64,000 bases of DNA from an uncultured delta proteobacterium (GTDB lineage Bacteria > Myxococcota_A > Polyangia > Polyangiales > Polyangiaceae). Each line of letters begins with the position of its first letter. Position 1 is the stretch's first letter. The translations under genes and the position numbers were made by a program. Positions 9,535-19,367 of this stretch are shown piece by piece. The stretch is taken from NCBI GenBank assembly GCA_963696385.1, contig CAVOKF010000005.1, positions 288,001 to 352,000 on the forward strand, in the 5' to 3' direction. The notes beneath the pieces are model-generated. The model searched no databases and had not been told where the DNA came from. It saw only the letters and a program-made list of their open reading frames with translations.

Positions 9535-10515
9535 GTGCCCTCGTCCCACGACCGCCTTCGCTCCCTGTACGCCCACAAGCCCGTCGTCCTCGCTCCGATG
9601 GAAGACGTAACGGACGTCGTGTTTCGCCGCCTCGCCCGGGGTTGCGGCGCGACGATCGCGTTGACCGAATTCGTTAACGTCGAAGGGCTTCTGCGCGGCT
9701 GCCGGAATGCGAAACGGAAAGTGGAGCTTGGGCCCGGAGACGAGCTCACCTCGATTCAGATCTACGGGGCGAACCCTGAACGCCTGAGGGAGGCGGCGGC
9801 CGTTGCGGAGGAAGCCCAGCCGCTGTCCATCGACATCAATTGCGGATGCTGGGTCCCGAAAATCGCGGGGCGTGGCGCTGGCGCCGGCTGGCTGCGTGAC
9901 CCGGCTGCGATGGTGGCGATGGCGCGTCTCGTCGTGTCGCGTGTGTCCCTCCCGGTCACCGTGAAGACCCGCGTCGGTCTCGGACCGGAATCGGACATGC
10001 CTATCGTGGATTTAGCACGACGGCTCGAGGACGCGGGCATCGCAGCCATCACCGTTCACTGCCGCACCGCGCAGATGGGGCATTCGGGGGTGGCAGACTG
10101 GTCGTGGGCGGCGCGGGCTCGCGCCGCCGTGACGATTCCGGTCCTCGTGAACGGCGACGTGCGGACCGCGCAGGACGCTCGACGAGCGATAGATGAGACA
10201 GGATGCGAAGGCGTGATGGTGGGTCGTCGCGCCATTGAGCACCCATGGATTTTTCGAGAAGCGAGGGGACTCTTGGACCGCGGACAGGTCGTCGCGGGCC
10301 CGACGGCGCAAGAGCGCCTCTCGCTGTGCGCCGAACACCTGATCGCGAATGCGCGGCAACGCGGGCTGCCGTTTGGGGTCCGTTGTACGCGTCGTCATCT
10401 CTTCGGCTACTTGAAAGGGCTCGCGGGCGCCGCCGATCTGCGCCAGCAGCTCAACGCGTGCGATTCGCTGGAGGGATCGCTCGCCATCCTACAGGGCGCA
10501 CGCGAAGCCGCCTGA
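9535..10515 (+). CDS. dusB: tRNA-dihydrouridine synthase
   Basis: LAPMEDVTD, DINCGC, PVTVKTR, ITVHCRT, NGDV, VMVGR motifs. GTG start estimated. Confidence 0.9.
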   Translation: MPSSHDRLRSLYAHKPVVLAPMEDVTDVVFRRLARGCGATIALTEFVNVEGLLRGCRNAKRKVELGPGDELTSIQIYGANPERLREAAAVAEEAQPLSIDINCGCWVPKIAGRGAGAGWLRDPAAMVAMARLVVSRVSLPVTVKTRVGLGPESDMPIVDLARRLEDAGIAAITVHCRTAQMGHSGVADWSWAARARAAVTIPVLVNGDVRTAQDARRAIDETGCEGVMVGRRAIEHPWIFREARGLLDRGQVVAGPTAQERLSLCAEHLIANARQRGLPFGVRCTRRHLFGYLKGLAGAADLRQQLNACDSLEGSLAILQGAREAA

Positions 10516-11633
10516 TGCCTCCGCGAAGTGCGGCGACGAAACGCGAGGCTTCCGGCTCCGCTGCCCGCCTGCCGATCGGCGTGCGTGTCGAGCGGGTCGC
10601 GGCAAGCACCTTCGTGCGATTGCCGCCGCGAGTGCTCCGCCGTGTCGTCGGCCACCCGATCCGGTCGCCCGATGGGTTCACTCTCGATCTGCAATCGCAG
10701 GCATTGCTTTGGTTGATTCGCGTGAGCGGAGCCGAGATGCACCGTGGCGACCTCACCCGTTCGCGGGGGCACTTCGATCGGGCGTCCCGGATCCTCGAGC
10801 CGAAGGCCGCTGGACCACTGCGGGTGTTCGACCGAGAGCTGCCCGGAGCCGTAGGCCCGCGGTCCGCGCGTGTGTACGTCTCGGCCACGGCGCCTCTGGA
10901 CTCCCGCCCTGCCATCGTATGGTTTCACGGTGGCGGCTTCGTCCTAGGGTCGATTGGATCGCATGACGGCGTGTGCCGCGCGCTGGCAAGCCAAGCCGGG
11001 GTCGTCGTGATCGCCGTCGACTATCGGCTTGCACCAGAGCATCGCTTTCCGGCGGCCCTCGAAGACGCGATCGCCGCGACACGGTGGACACTCGATAGCG
11101 GCCACCAAATCGGCGTCGATGCACGATTCGTTGCGGTGGGCGGCGACAGCGCGGGCGGCAATCTCGCCGCGGGCGTCGCCTTGGCCCTTAGAGGAGCCGC
11201 GCGCCGTCCCGCGTTTCAGCTGCTCGTGTATCCCGCCACGGACGCGACCCAGAAGGAGCCGTCCCATCGGCATTTTCGCGATGGCTTTCTTCTGACGGGT
11301 CAAAACATTGGCTGGTTTCTCGATCAATACTTGCCGGACGCGTGCCTGGCCACCGATGCCCGAGTCTCGCCCCTTCTGGCGGGGGACCTATCTGGTTTGG
11401 CGCCGGCGCTGACGATGATCGCAGGCTTCGACCCGCTGCGTGACGAGGGATACCTCTATTCCGAGCGGATGCGTGCGGCCGGCGTCGAGGTCGAGACCGT
11501 TTGCTCTCGAGGATCGCTGCACGGGTTTCTCAACACGGCGGGCGGTCTCGACGAGTCGGCTCGACTGCTTGCGCTCGCAGCCGAACGTCTTCGCCGCGCT
11601 CTCGGGCCGTCGGGCCGTGGGCAGGCACTCTGA
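10515..11633 (+). CDS. Alpha/beta hydrolase, HSL-family esterase/lipase
   Basis: HGGGF oxyanion hole, DYRLAPEH, GDSAGG nucleophile, DPLRDEG, HGF. Start overlaps dusB stop. Confidence 0.93.
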   Translation: MPPRSAATKREASGSAARLPIGVRVERVAASTFVRLPPRVLRRVVGHPIRSPDGFTLDLQSQALLWLIRVSGAEMHRGDLTRSRGHFDRASRILEPKAAGPLRVFDRELPGAVGPRSARVYVSATAPLDSRPAIVWFHGGGFVLGSIGSHDGVCRALASQAGVVVIAVDYRLAPEHRFPAALEDAIAATRWTLDSGHQIGVDARFVAVGGDSAGGNLAAGVALALRGAARRPAFQLLVYPATDATQKEPSHRHFRDGFLLTGQNIGWFLDQYLPDACLATDARVSPLLAGDLSGLAPALTMIAGFDPLRDEGYLYSERMRAAGVEVETVCSRGSLHGFLNTAGGLDESARLLALAAERLRRALGPSGRGQAL

Positions 11634-11765
11634 GGCCGGATCCGTCGCGCCCCGAGCCCATCGCGACCGGCGGCGCAGGGCGATTCCTTCTCGAACGACC
11701 GGAGCGCGCGCGGGCCCGTTTGCGGCCCGGCCGAGGATGCGGATCGATCGCCCGAGCCCGCCCCA

Positions 11766-12191
11766 TCACGTGGGTGTCTTGGTACGCGAGAGCGCGATCA
11801 CTGCGTCGAATTCGCCTTTCGTCACGGGCACGACCGAGAGGCGGGGTCGTCGCATCATCACCATTTTGCCGATGACCGCGTTCCGGCGCATCTCATCGAG
11901 CGACACAGGCCGGCCCAATGCTCGCACCGGCTCGATATCGACGGCGCTCCACTCCCCGTCCACACCGGTCGGGTCTGGGTATGCCGTGCGGGACACTCTT
12001 GCTAGGCCGACGACGGCCTTTCCTTCGTTCGAATGGTAGAAGAGACACAGGTCTCCTAGATTCATCGCGCGGAGGTGGTTTCGTGCCTCGAAATTTCGAA
12101 CCCCGTCCCAGCGGGTATGGCCGTCGGCGACGAGACGCTCGAAGGGATATTTGAACGGCTCACTCTTGATCGACCAAAACTGTCGCGCCAT
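11766..12191 (-). CDS. EVE domain-containing protein
   Basis: WSIKSEP, WDGVRNFEARN, FYHS, YPDPT, RLSVVPV. Confidence 0.93.
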   Translation of the reverse strand: MARQFWSIKSEPFKYPFERLVADGHTRWDGVRNFEARNHLRAMNLGDLCLFYHSNEGKAVVGLARVSRTAYPDPTGVDGEWSAVDIEPVRALGRPVSLDEMRRNAVIGKMVMMRRPRLSVVPVTKGEFDAVIALSRTKTPT

Positions 12192-12324
12192 GCCGCCGAC
12201 AGCATAGAGCGATTCTGCGGATTTGCGGTGGCCCAGAATCGGAAGGCCTCTTTCCGATTCGCGAAGGCCGGGTCACATCGGTCGTGCGCAACGACGGCTG
12301 CTTCGTTAGCGTGTGGCGGGCCCG

Positions 12325-13188
12325 ATGAGAGTACTTGCACTTGGGATCGTGACGTTCACCGCCTCTGCATGTGGCGCGTTGGCACCCGACGCCGCCGTTC
12401 CTTCGAATGCATCTTCCCCCGCCTCGCCGTTCGTCGATGCCCAAGCACCGGCGTTCGACGGCGAGGCTTCACCTGGCGCCCCCACGGCCGCGTTGGTCGC
12501 CGTGGAGCCCGCAGACGCCGATTTCGTCGTCGACGCCGCACCCGCGTCGTCGACCGCACCCGTGAGTGCGTGCAACGAGCAGCCGCCCCAGGACTTTCTC
12601 GTGCGCGGGAACTTTCTCAAGGCCGGTAAGGCGGGCTTGGATCGGGCGATTCAATACCGAACCGACCAGTATGGCTATTTCAAGGGCTTTGGCCGGCCTG
12701 GCCGCGATGCGCAGCCGGCGAGCGCCGGTGTCGTGGCCACCACGTTCATGGGTCTGCCCGTCCGCATGCATCGGAAAGTGGTCCCCGCGCTCAAGTGTGT
12801 CGAGGTCGAGATTTCACAGGTGTGCGTCGATCACCCCTACTCCCCGCACGCACTCGCCGGTATTCGCTATAGAAACACGTACCGCGGCGGCGAAGTGACC
12901 AATCACGCGTACGGCATTGCCATCGACGTCGATCCCTCGGTCAACACCTGTTGTGGGTGTGTGAGCCCTTGGAACGACGCTCCCGCCTGCAAGCGCCATG
13001 CGAAGTCCGAGTACGATCGCATGGCCATGCCGGAATGTTGGGTCCACGCGTTCGAGCGCTACGGCTTCTACTGGCTGGGTCACGACGTCCTCCGCGACAC
13101 GATGCATTTCGAGTTTCTGGGCGATCCGACGCGAATCCTGAAACCCGGTTCGTCGCCGGCGCCGATCGGTGGCGACGCGGGTTCATGA
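12325..13188 (+). CDS. M15-family zinc metallopeptidase (peptidoglycan peptidase), probable lipoprotein
   Basis: Lipobox-like TASAC; NHAYGIAIDVD and DTMHFE zinc motifs. Confidence 0.85.
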   Translation: MRVLALGIVTFTASACGALAPDAAVPSNASSPASPFVDAQAPAFDGEASPGAPTAALVAVEPADADFVVDAAPASSTAPVSACNEQPPQDFLVRGNFLKAGKAGLDRAIQYRTDQYGYFKGFGRPGRDAQPASAGVVATTFMGLPVRMHRKVVPALKCVEVEISQVCVDHPYSPHALAGIRYRNTYRGGEVTNHAYGIAIDVDPSVNTCCGCVSPWNDAPACKRHAKSEYDRMAMPECWVHAFERYGFYWLGHDVLRDTMHFEFLGDPTRILKPGSSPAPIGGDAGS

Positions 13189-13237
13189 GCGCGAGCGAAC
13201 GGTGCGTCGAAGTGCAACCGCCCGCCGGGATTGGGTG

Positions 13238-14488
13238 TCATGCCGATCCCATTCGCCGCGCGAAGAAGTTCACGAGCTCGTTGTGACGGGCCCGCGCGTC
13301 GCTGCGGCCCATTTCGATGAGCCGTCCCGCAAACTCCCCGTCGAAGAGGACGTACGTCAACAAGTCCGCCTCCTTCTCGCCCTCGCCGACGTGCCGCAGA
13401 ATGCGACCGATCATGGTTCGTGATCGTTTCGCGAACTCGGGGGAACGCACGTATTCTGCAGCGAGCACCCCGATGTCCTCGGACGCTCGGAGGTAGACGA
13501 CGTCGAGCGGTTTTACGGGGCTGTGCCCGCCGCGCGCGAGCTCGTCGTTGAGTGCATCGTTGAAGCCTGGTCCGAACCGCCGGGTACCGGCTTCAAGCAC
13601 GGAGTTGAGCTTTCGAAGCCGATTGATGTCGTTCTCGATCCGATCGAGCAACAGCGCGTTCATCGCCTTGCCCACGACGAAGAGCGGGTCGGGGTAGTCC
13701 CGCTCCCGTGCCTGGGCCAATTCCGCCGAGGGGGTTTCGTCCCGGATGAAGCGAGGATTGATGACGATGAGCCCGTCGGCTCCTAGCCTTCGCGCCGGCG
13801 ACAACGGCACGTTCTGCCGGAGGCCGCCGTCGCAGTAGAACTGCCCGTCGATGGCAACCGCCGGGAATAGCAAGGGTACGGCCGCGGACGCCAGAGCGTG
13901 CTCGGCGCGTATGACGGCCGCGCGCGCGACCATCGTCGGATCGCTCCCCCAGTCAGGCAGTCCGCCTTCGCCTCGCTGAACGAAGACGACTGTGCGGCCG
14001 CTCGCCACATGGGTCGTGGAGATGGACAGCGCCGAGAGAAATCCGTGTCGCATATTTTCGGCGATGACATCGAAAGGCACTGAATCGATGACGATTCGTT
14101 CAATGCCCCTTGGATCGAAAATGCCTCCACGCCGGGTGCCCTCCGTCTCGCGCCGCCCCGCTCTTCCAAACAATCGCGTGGCCAAGTGCACGAGCTCGCG
14201 GGGGGAAGGCCGGACGACTTCCTCGATCCGAAGGCTCGTCCACCGCCGCACCAGCATCGATGCACGCTGGCTCGGCTCGCTCGCGTAGGCCGCCAGCATG
14301 ACGGCATTGATGCTCCCGGCTGATGTGCCCGACAGAACGTCGACCGGCGTCGATCGTCCGAGAGCTCGCGCAATGTCGTCCATGACGTATTGCACGACCC
14401 CCACCTCGTACGCGCCCCGCGCAGCCCCTCCAGCGAGGACCAGACCGACCTTCGAGCGCGTCATAGGCGGTGTCGCGCCTCGGGACAT
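13238..14488 (-). CDS. Patatin-like phospholipase
   Basis: GGAARG, GTSAG, DGG motifs. Confidence 0.92.
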   Translation of the reverse strand: MSRGATPPMTRSKVGLVLAGGAARGAYEVGVVQYVMDDIARALGRSTPVDVLSGTSAGSINAVMLAAYASEPSQRASMLVRRWTSLRIEEVVRPSPRELVHLATRLFGRAGRRETEGTRRGGIFDPRGIERIVIDSVPFDVIAENMRHGFLSALSISTTHVASGRTVVFVQRGEGGLPDWGSDPTMVARAAVIRAEHALASAAVPLLFPAVAIDGQFYCDGGLRQNVPLSPARRLGADGLIVINPRFIRDETPSAELAQARERDYPDPLFVVGKAMNALLLDRIENDINRLRKLNSVLEAGTRRFGPGFNDALNDELARGGHSPVKPLDVVYLRASEDIGVLAAEYVRSPEFAKRSRTMIGRILRHVGEGEKEADLLTYVLFDGEFAGRLIEMGRSDARARHNELVNFFARRMGSA

Positions 14489-14649
14489 CTAAGACCAATC
14501 TAACTCGGCGCGCCGCCTCGTCTCCTTCAATCGATGCGATTGAGACGAGCTGTCGGTCGGTCTCCCGCCGTCGTCGGCGCATCGATTGTTTGTCGAAGCG
14601 CCAGCCCCTTGAAAATGGGAGTCTCACGGCGTAGGTAGCACCATCCGAC

Positions 14650-14814
14650 ATGTCCACCGCCGAAGAGATCGCGCAGAAGCAGTTCGACGAAGACGACAAG
14701 CGGTGGACGGGGCCGAAGTTGGTTGGGCTGGGAGCGCTCACGCTCGCGATCGCGCTCTCGCTCATTTACTTCATGTCCACGTCGACCGGTTGTTCGCTCC
14801 AATTTGTTCCCTGA
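14650..14814 (+). CDS. Small (54 aa) single-TM protein, absent from the ORF track
   Basis: MSTAEEIAQKQFDEDDKRWTGPKLVGLGALTLAIALSLIYFMSTSTGCSLQFVP*. GC3-biased codons; fills the intergenic gap exactly. Confidence 0.7.
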   Translation: MSTAEEIAQKQFDEDDKRWTGPKLVGLGALTLAIALSLIYFMSTSTGCSLQFVP

Positions 14815-14826
14815 CGCTTCTCGCAC

Positions 14827-15504
14827 TCAGGGGCCGGATGTGAGCGAATGCAAGCATCCGTCCAGGCCTCCCGAACACCCCTGGGCGACGCACTGCGCAA
14901 CGGTTTCTTGCCCCCGGTCGTTCAGGCCAGAGAGAAGCGCCGAGCAGGCGCTCTCCGTCGTGGAGCATGGCGTCTGCGCGATCTGGCATAGCTGAACGAC
15001 GGACGGATCCAGGCAGGCCTCTGCAAGAGCGATCTGCGCGCACGCGTCGGCTTGGCTCGAGTCGCACAGTTGCCTGCGCGTCAGCGAGGCCAAGCACGAG
15101 ACGGCGGACGCGGCGACCTTCGGATCGAAGTACGCTTGGAACTCTGCACAACGCTTTCGAGGGCTTGTTGGGGGCGCGCAGCTCGGGAGCGGCGCGCGGA
15201 TGATCTCGCAGTCGGGTACCGGGAACGTTCCCGTATCAAGGCAGCCGACGGCCGTTGAAAGTTCGGGTGCCGAAGCTCTTAGGGCGCTTCGCGAGGTCCG
15301 ATTTGCATATGGCTGAGCCGGCTGATAAGGCCATGGTTGAGCGGGAGGAGGCGGGGGCGGAGGCGGTTTGCGACTTGGCGCGGGCACAACCGCCGTCCGC
15401 TGCTCGTAAACGGGAGCGGGCGGCGGTGGTTCGTCGACGTAAAAGTGGCAGCCCTCGGCGCCGAGCACGCCCGCGACAGCGAGAAATACCCGACCGAACT
15501 TCAT
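14827..15504 (-). CDS. Cys-rich lipoprotein
   Basis: GAGGAGG RBS, lipobox GAEGC, Pro-rich linker, many C-terminal Cys. Confidence 0.75.
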   Translation of the reverse strand: MKFGRVFLAVAGVLGAEGCHFYVDEPPPPAPVYEQRTAVVPAPSRKPPPPPPPPAQPWPYQPAQPYANRTSRSALRASAPELSTAVGCLDTGTFPVPDCEIIRAPLPSCAPPTSPRKRCAEFQAYFDPKVAASAVSCLASLTRRQLCDSSQADACAQIALAEACLDPSVVQLCQIAQTPCSTTESACSALLSGLNDRGQETVAQCVAQGCSGGLDGCLHSLTSGP

Positions 15505-15737
15505 GCCGAACGCCTCCTCAGCACCCGGAATGGCCCTCGCACGAGAGCGCTTACAGTAGCAGCGACGTTACTGCGGATCCCGGCACATCCGCGAAAAAAG
15601 GCATCCCCGCTAAAAAAAGGACGCCCAACGGCGATGCCGTGGGCGGGGTGGGATGCGCCCCGCCGCAAGCCCCGCGAAGCGATCTATCGCTGGCCCTCGA
15701 CGCGGGCAGCTCGGGCGTGCAACAATGGGCGGTAGCC

Positions 15738-15947
15738 ATGGCCGACCAAGAGCACAAGAGCGGTCCGGACGTCTCGAAGAGCGACAAGCGCAAGCAAAGT
15801 CTTTATTTCCCCGAAGCGATGCTTGAGGAAATTCAAAAGGAAGCGCAGCGACTTCAACGTTCGATGTCCTGGGTAGTGCAGCGCGCATGGAAGCACGCGC
15901 GCCGAGAGATCAAAGGAATCCCGGGCTCCAATGAGCCCGGGGGCTGA
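15738..15947 (+). CDS. TIGR04563 (MXAN_4361/4362)-type small ribbon-helix-helix-like protein
   Basis: DKRKQSLYFPEAMLEEIQKEAQRLQRSMSWVVQRAWK matches the family pattern as recalled. Confidence 0.85.
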   Translation: MADQEHKSGPDVSKSDKRKQSLYFPEAMLEEIQKEAQRLQRSMSWVVQRAWKHARREIKGIPGSNEPGG

Positions 15948-15963
15948 AGCGAGGCAGGGCGCC

Positions 15964-16299
15964 TTACCGCGAGTAGTCCCGGTCGCGGGTGGATTGAGGC
16001 GGTGGGTGCGGACTCGGGGTCGCCGGCGCCTTTCCGTGGACGATCCAAAAGCCGCCGACGAAGGCCAGCAGAAACGCCGTAAGCGCCAGCAGGATGATGG
16101 CGAGCGGCTCGGCGTCGGTGCGCTCCACGAGCGATCGCGCCGCCCGCTTGATGGATTCGTCGCTGGCAGACCGTTCGATCGCCTTGGCTTCGGCACGGAC
16201 TCCCGCGTAATCGCCACGCGTGAAGGCTTCCAGCAGGGCCTCGATTCTTGGGTCCTCTGGAAGTTTGCGCGCGAACGCCGGCCGCCCGATCACCGTCAT
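15964..16299 (-). CDS. Hypothetical membrane protein
   Basis: 111-aa ORF with one C-terminal TM segment, downstream of egtB. Confidence 0.6.
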   Translation of the reverse strand: MTVIGRPAFARKLPEDPRIEALLEAFTRGDYAGVRAEAKAIERSASDESIKRAARSLVERTDAEPLAIILLALTAFLLAFVGGFWIVHGKAPATPSPHPPPQSTRDRDYSR

Positions 16300-16377
16300 A
16301 ACCCAAGCCGGATAGCTTGCTTCATGTCGACCGTCATCAGGGCGGTTCGGTCGTCTGCGAGCCGTCGCGCGGCCGTC

Positions 16378-17637
16378 TCACGCGTCACGAGCCAATCGTA
16401 TGCCGCTCACCTGCCACCTCGTGGCCGGGGGAAAAAAATTGCGGTACGTGGCGCGGATGTGGTCGCGCGGCGATAAACACGAGCCACCGCGCAGGACCAC
16501 TTGGCCGCTCATGAATTTTCCGTTGTATTCTCCGAGCGGGCCGGCGAGCGACCGAAATCGCGGATAAGGAAGGTACGCGCTGCCGGTCCACTCCCACGCA
16601 TCGCCGAAGAATTGAGACCGATCGCGCGCCGCAACGACCGGTTCGAGCCATCCGCTTTCGATGAAGTTGCCCGCGCCAATTTCGGCCGCGCGCTCTTCCG
16701 CAGCGACCTCCCATTCGTACTCGGTCGGAAGGCGTGCATTGGCCCACCGAGCGTACGCGTCTGCCTCGAACAGGCTCACGTGTGAGACGGGCGCGCTGGG
16801 CTCGAGGTCCTGAAGTCCCCGTAACGTGAAGCGCATCCACGCACCTCTGTAGCCCTCCCAGTAAAGCGGTGCGATCCAGCCGCAGGTTCGAACGGCGGCC
16901 CAGCCGTCGGCTAACCATAACTCCGGCCGTCGATACGCGCCGTCCTCCATGAAATTCATGTACTCCGCGTTGGTGACCAATCGATCCGCGATCGCGAACG
17001 AGGTCACGATGAGTCGGTGACGAGGCCGTTCGTTGTCGAACGCGAAACCGTCGCTCGAATCGCCTGCGCTGGCGACGCGTTCTGCAACGCTCAGCCATTC
17101 CAGCTGCGCTGAAGCCGGCAGAGGCGTCTCGCTGGGCGCCGTCGCCGCCGAATAGGTCGGATGCAACTCGTTGCGCGAGAACGCGTGCTTGATGTCTGTC
17201 AAGATGAGTTCTTGATGTTGTTGCTCGTGATGAGTGCCGAGCAGCGTCGCGGCGATGGCTTCGGGGTTCGCTCGTGCGAGCAACGCCTCGATCTGCTCGT
17301 CCACACGAATCCGCCAGGTCCGGATCTGCTCAATAGTCGGGCGTGACAGCAGCCCGCGCTCGGGCCGCGGGTGACGTGGCCCGACCGCCTCGTAATACGA
17401 ATTGAACAGTGTCCGCCATCGCTCATTGTGCCAGCGGTGCGCTGAAGCGAAGCGCGCCAGCACGAACTCCTCGAAAAACCAAGTGGTGTGGGCGAGGTGC
17501 CACTTCGTGGGGCTGGCGTCGGGCATCGACTGCACCGACATGTCCTCGGCGGAAAGTGGCTCGACGAGGGCTTCGGTGCGGTGGCGAACCCGCCGGTATC
17601 GCGACAGCACCGCTTCTCGGCTGATTGGTTCGGGCAA
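16378..17637 (-). CDS. egtB: Ergothioneine biosynthesis sulfoxide synthase EgtB
   Basis: DASPTKWHLAHTTWFFE, HEQQHQE iron motif, FGE-sulfatase RLPTEYEWE, EYNGKFM, YRNFF. Confidence 0.93.
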   Translation of the reverse strand: MPEPISREAVLSRYRRVRHRTEALVEPLSAEDMSVQSMPDASPTKWHLAHTTWFFEEFVLARFASAHRWHNERWRTLFNSYYEAVGPRHPRPERGLLSRPTIEQIRTWRIRVDEQIEALLARANPEAIAATLLGTHHEQQHQELILTDIKHAFSRNELHPTYSAATAPSETPLPASAQLEWLSVAERVASAGDSSDGFAFDNERPRHRLIVTSFAIADRLVTNAEYMNFMEDGAYRRPELWLADGWAAVRTCGWIAPLYWEGYRGAWMRFTLRGLQDLEPSAPVSHVSLFEADAYARWANARLPTEYEWEVAAEERAAEIGAGNFIESGWLEPVVAARDRSQFFGDAWEWTGSAYLPYPRFRSLAGPLGEYNGKFMSGQVVLRGGSCLSPRDHIRATYRNFFPPATRWQVSGIRLARDA

Positions 17638-17735
17638 GACGTCCTTTCGCCGAATTGGCTGCGGCCGGTTCGGGCCAGGAGGGAAAAGTGCGACGGCTGG
17701 ATGCGGTTCGGGCCCGCGAAGGCTAGCGTGGGTCC

Positions 17736-19235
17736 GTGGGCTCCAGCGTGTCTTCGATCGTCGTCGTGGGAACCGGGTTCGGCGGTCTGTGCATGGCCAT
17801 CCGGCTCAAGCAAGCGGGCATCCGAGATTTTACTCTGCTTGAGCAGGCCGACGAGGTGGGGGGCACGTGGCGTGACAACCGATATCCGGGCGCCGCGTGC
17901 GACGTGGAGTCGCACTTTTATTCGTTTTCCTTCGAACCGAACCCGTCGTGGACGCGGCAGTTTGCGCCGGCCGAAGAGATTCTCCAATACCTGATCCGTT
18001 GCACGGAAAAATACGGCTTGAGACCGCATATCCGTTTTCGGACGCGCGTTGTCGGCGCCCAGTTCGACGAGCGGAGCGGCCTCTGGAGCGTTGAAACGAG
18101 CGGCGGTGAAATGATTCAAGCCAGGGTCCTGGTGTCCGCTTGTGGCGGACTGAGTCGTCCGGCGCTGCCGGACATCCCCGGCCTCGAGGCGTTTTCAGGC
18201 ACGACGTTCCATTCCGCGCGCTGGAGTCACTCCGCGAGCCTCGAAGGCAAGCGCGTTGCGGTCGTCGGAACGGGCGCGAGCGCCATCCAGATCGTGCCGT
18301 CCATCGCGCCGCTCGTTTCGCGGCTCACGCTCTATCAGCGCACGCCCCCGTGGGTCCTTCCCAAGCGTGACCGCGAAATCCAGCCGCTGCATCGCGCGTT
18401 GTTCCGGCGCCTGCCATTTTTTCAGCGGTTTGCGCGCTTGGCCATCTACTGCCGCCACGAGGTGAGTGCCATTGCGTTCGTCGTCGCCCCCTGGCTGATG
18501 AAGCGGTACGGGGAACCGGTCGCCCGGCGCTATCTCGCCCGGCAGATGCGCGCGAGCGCGCTACGGGAAAAGGTCAGCCCGTCGTACGCCATGGGCTGCA
18601 AGCGGATCCTCCTTGCCAACGACTATTTCCCCGCTCTCCAGAGAGAAAACGTGGAGGTGATCGGCGATCCTATCCGCCGCATTGAGCACGACGGGATCGT
18701 CACGCGAGACGGAACGCACCGGCTCACCGACATTATCGTGCTGGCGACCGGGTTTGCAGCCGCGGAGCCCGCAGCGCCTTTCGACCTGACCGGATGCGAC
18801 GGTCGCCGTCTCGTGGACGTCTGGCGCGACGGTGCCGAAGCCTACCTCGGTACGAGCATCGCCGGCTTTCCGAACTTCTTCATGGTCGTCGGTCCCAATA
18901 CGGGGCTCGGACACTCATCGATGATCTTCATGATCGAGTGTCAGGTCAGGTATCTGCTCAACGTGATCCGGACCATGCGATTGCGCGATCTGAAGCTCGT
19001 CGACGTTCAACACGACGTGCAAGCCCGCTACAACGCTCGATTGCAGGCACGTCTCGAGAACACCGTTTGGGCGGCGGGCTGCAACAGCTGGTACCGGACG
19101 AGCTCGGGCAAGAACACGACGCTTTGGCCGGGCTTCACGTTTGAGTACCGATGGAAGACGGGCCGGTTCGACGCCGCAAACTACCGCGTCATTCCGAACG
19201 AACCATCCCGGCGCGCCCCGCCTGGCTCGCCATGA
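17736..19235 (+). CDS. Baeyer-Villiger/flavin-containing monooxygenase
   Basis: GTGFGG, GGTWRDNRYPG, BVMO fingerprint FSGTTFHSARW, second Rossmann GTGASA, ATGF. Confidence 0.93.
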   Translation: MGSSVSSIVVVGTGFGGLCMAIRLKQAGIRDFTLLEQADEVGGTWRDNRYPGAACDVESHFYSFSFEPNPSWTRQFAPAEEILQYLIRCTEKYGLRPHIRFRTRVVGAQFDERSGLWSVETSGGEMIQARVLVSACGGLSRPALPDIPGLEAFSGTTFHSARWSHSASLEGKRVAVVGTGASAIQIVPSIAPLVSRLTLYQRTPPWVLPKRDREIQPLHRALFRRLPFFQRFARLAIYCRHEVSAIAFVVAPWLMKRYGEPVARRYLARQMRASALREKVSPSYAMGCKRILLANDYFPALQRENVEVIGDPIRRIEHDGIVTRDGTHRLTDIIVLATGFAAAEPAAPFDLTGCDGRRLVDVWRDGAEAYLGTSIAGFPNFFMVVGPNTGLGHSSMIFMIECQVRYLLNVIRTMRLRDLKLVDVQHDVQARYNARLQARLENTVWAAGCNSWYRTSSGKNTTLWPGFTFEYRWKTGRFDAANYRVIPNEPSRRAPPGSP

Positions 19236-19367
19236 CGTTTCGTCCAGCCCGAGGAAGTACAAAAACTCATTGAATTCATAACGATGGATGGCGTTGTCAT
19301 CGCCGAGAGCTGGACCGCAACCACCCCTCGGGTCAAGACCTGAGCGTTCGGGGGGCGACTTGTCGGT

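Noticed and set aside
16378..17637. Selenoneine (SenA) or ovothiol (OvoA) assignment
   Set aside because: No senB/senC nearby and no C-terminal methyltransferase domain.
19236..19343. 35 open codons in frame after the BVMO TGA (possible readthrough or selenocysteine)
   Set aside because: The BVMO is already complete, no SECIS-like hairpin is evident, and such open runs are common in GC-rich DNA.
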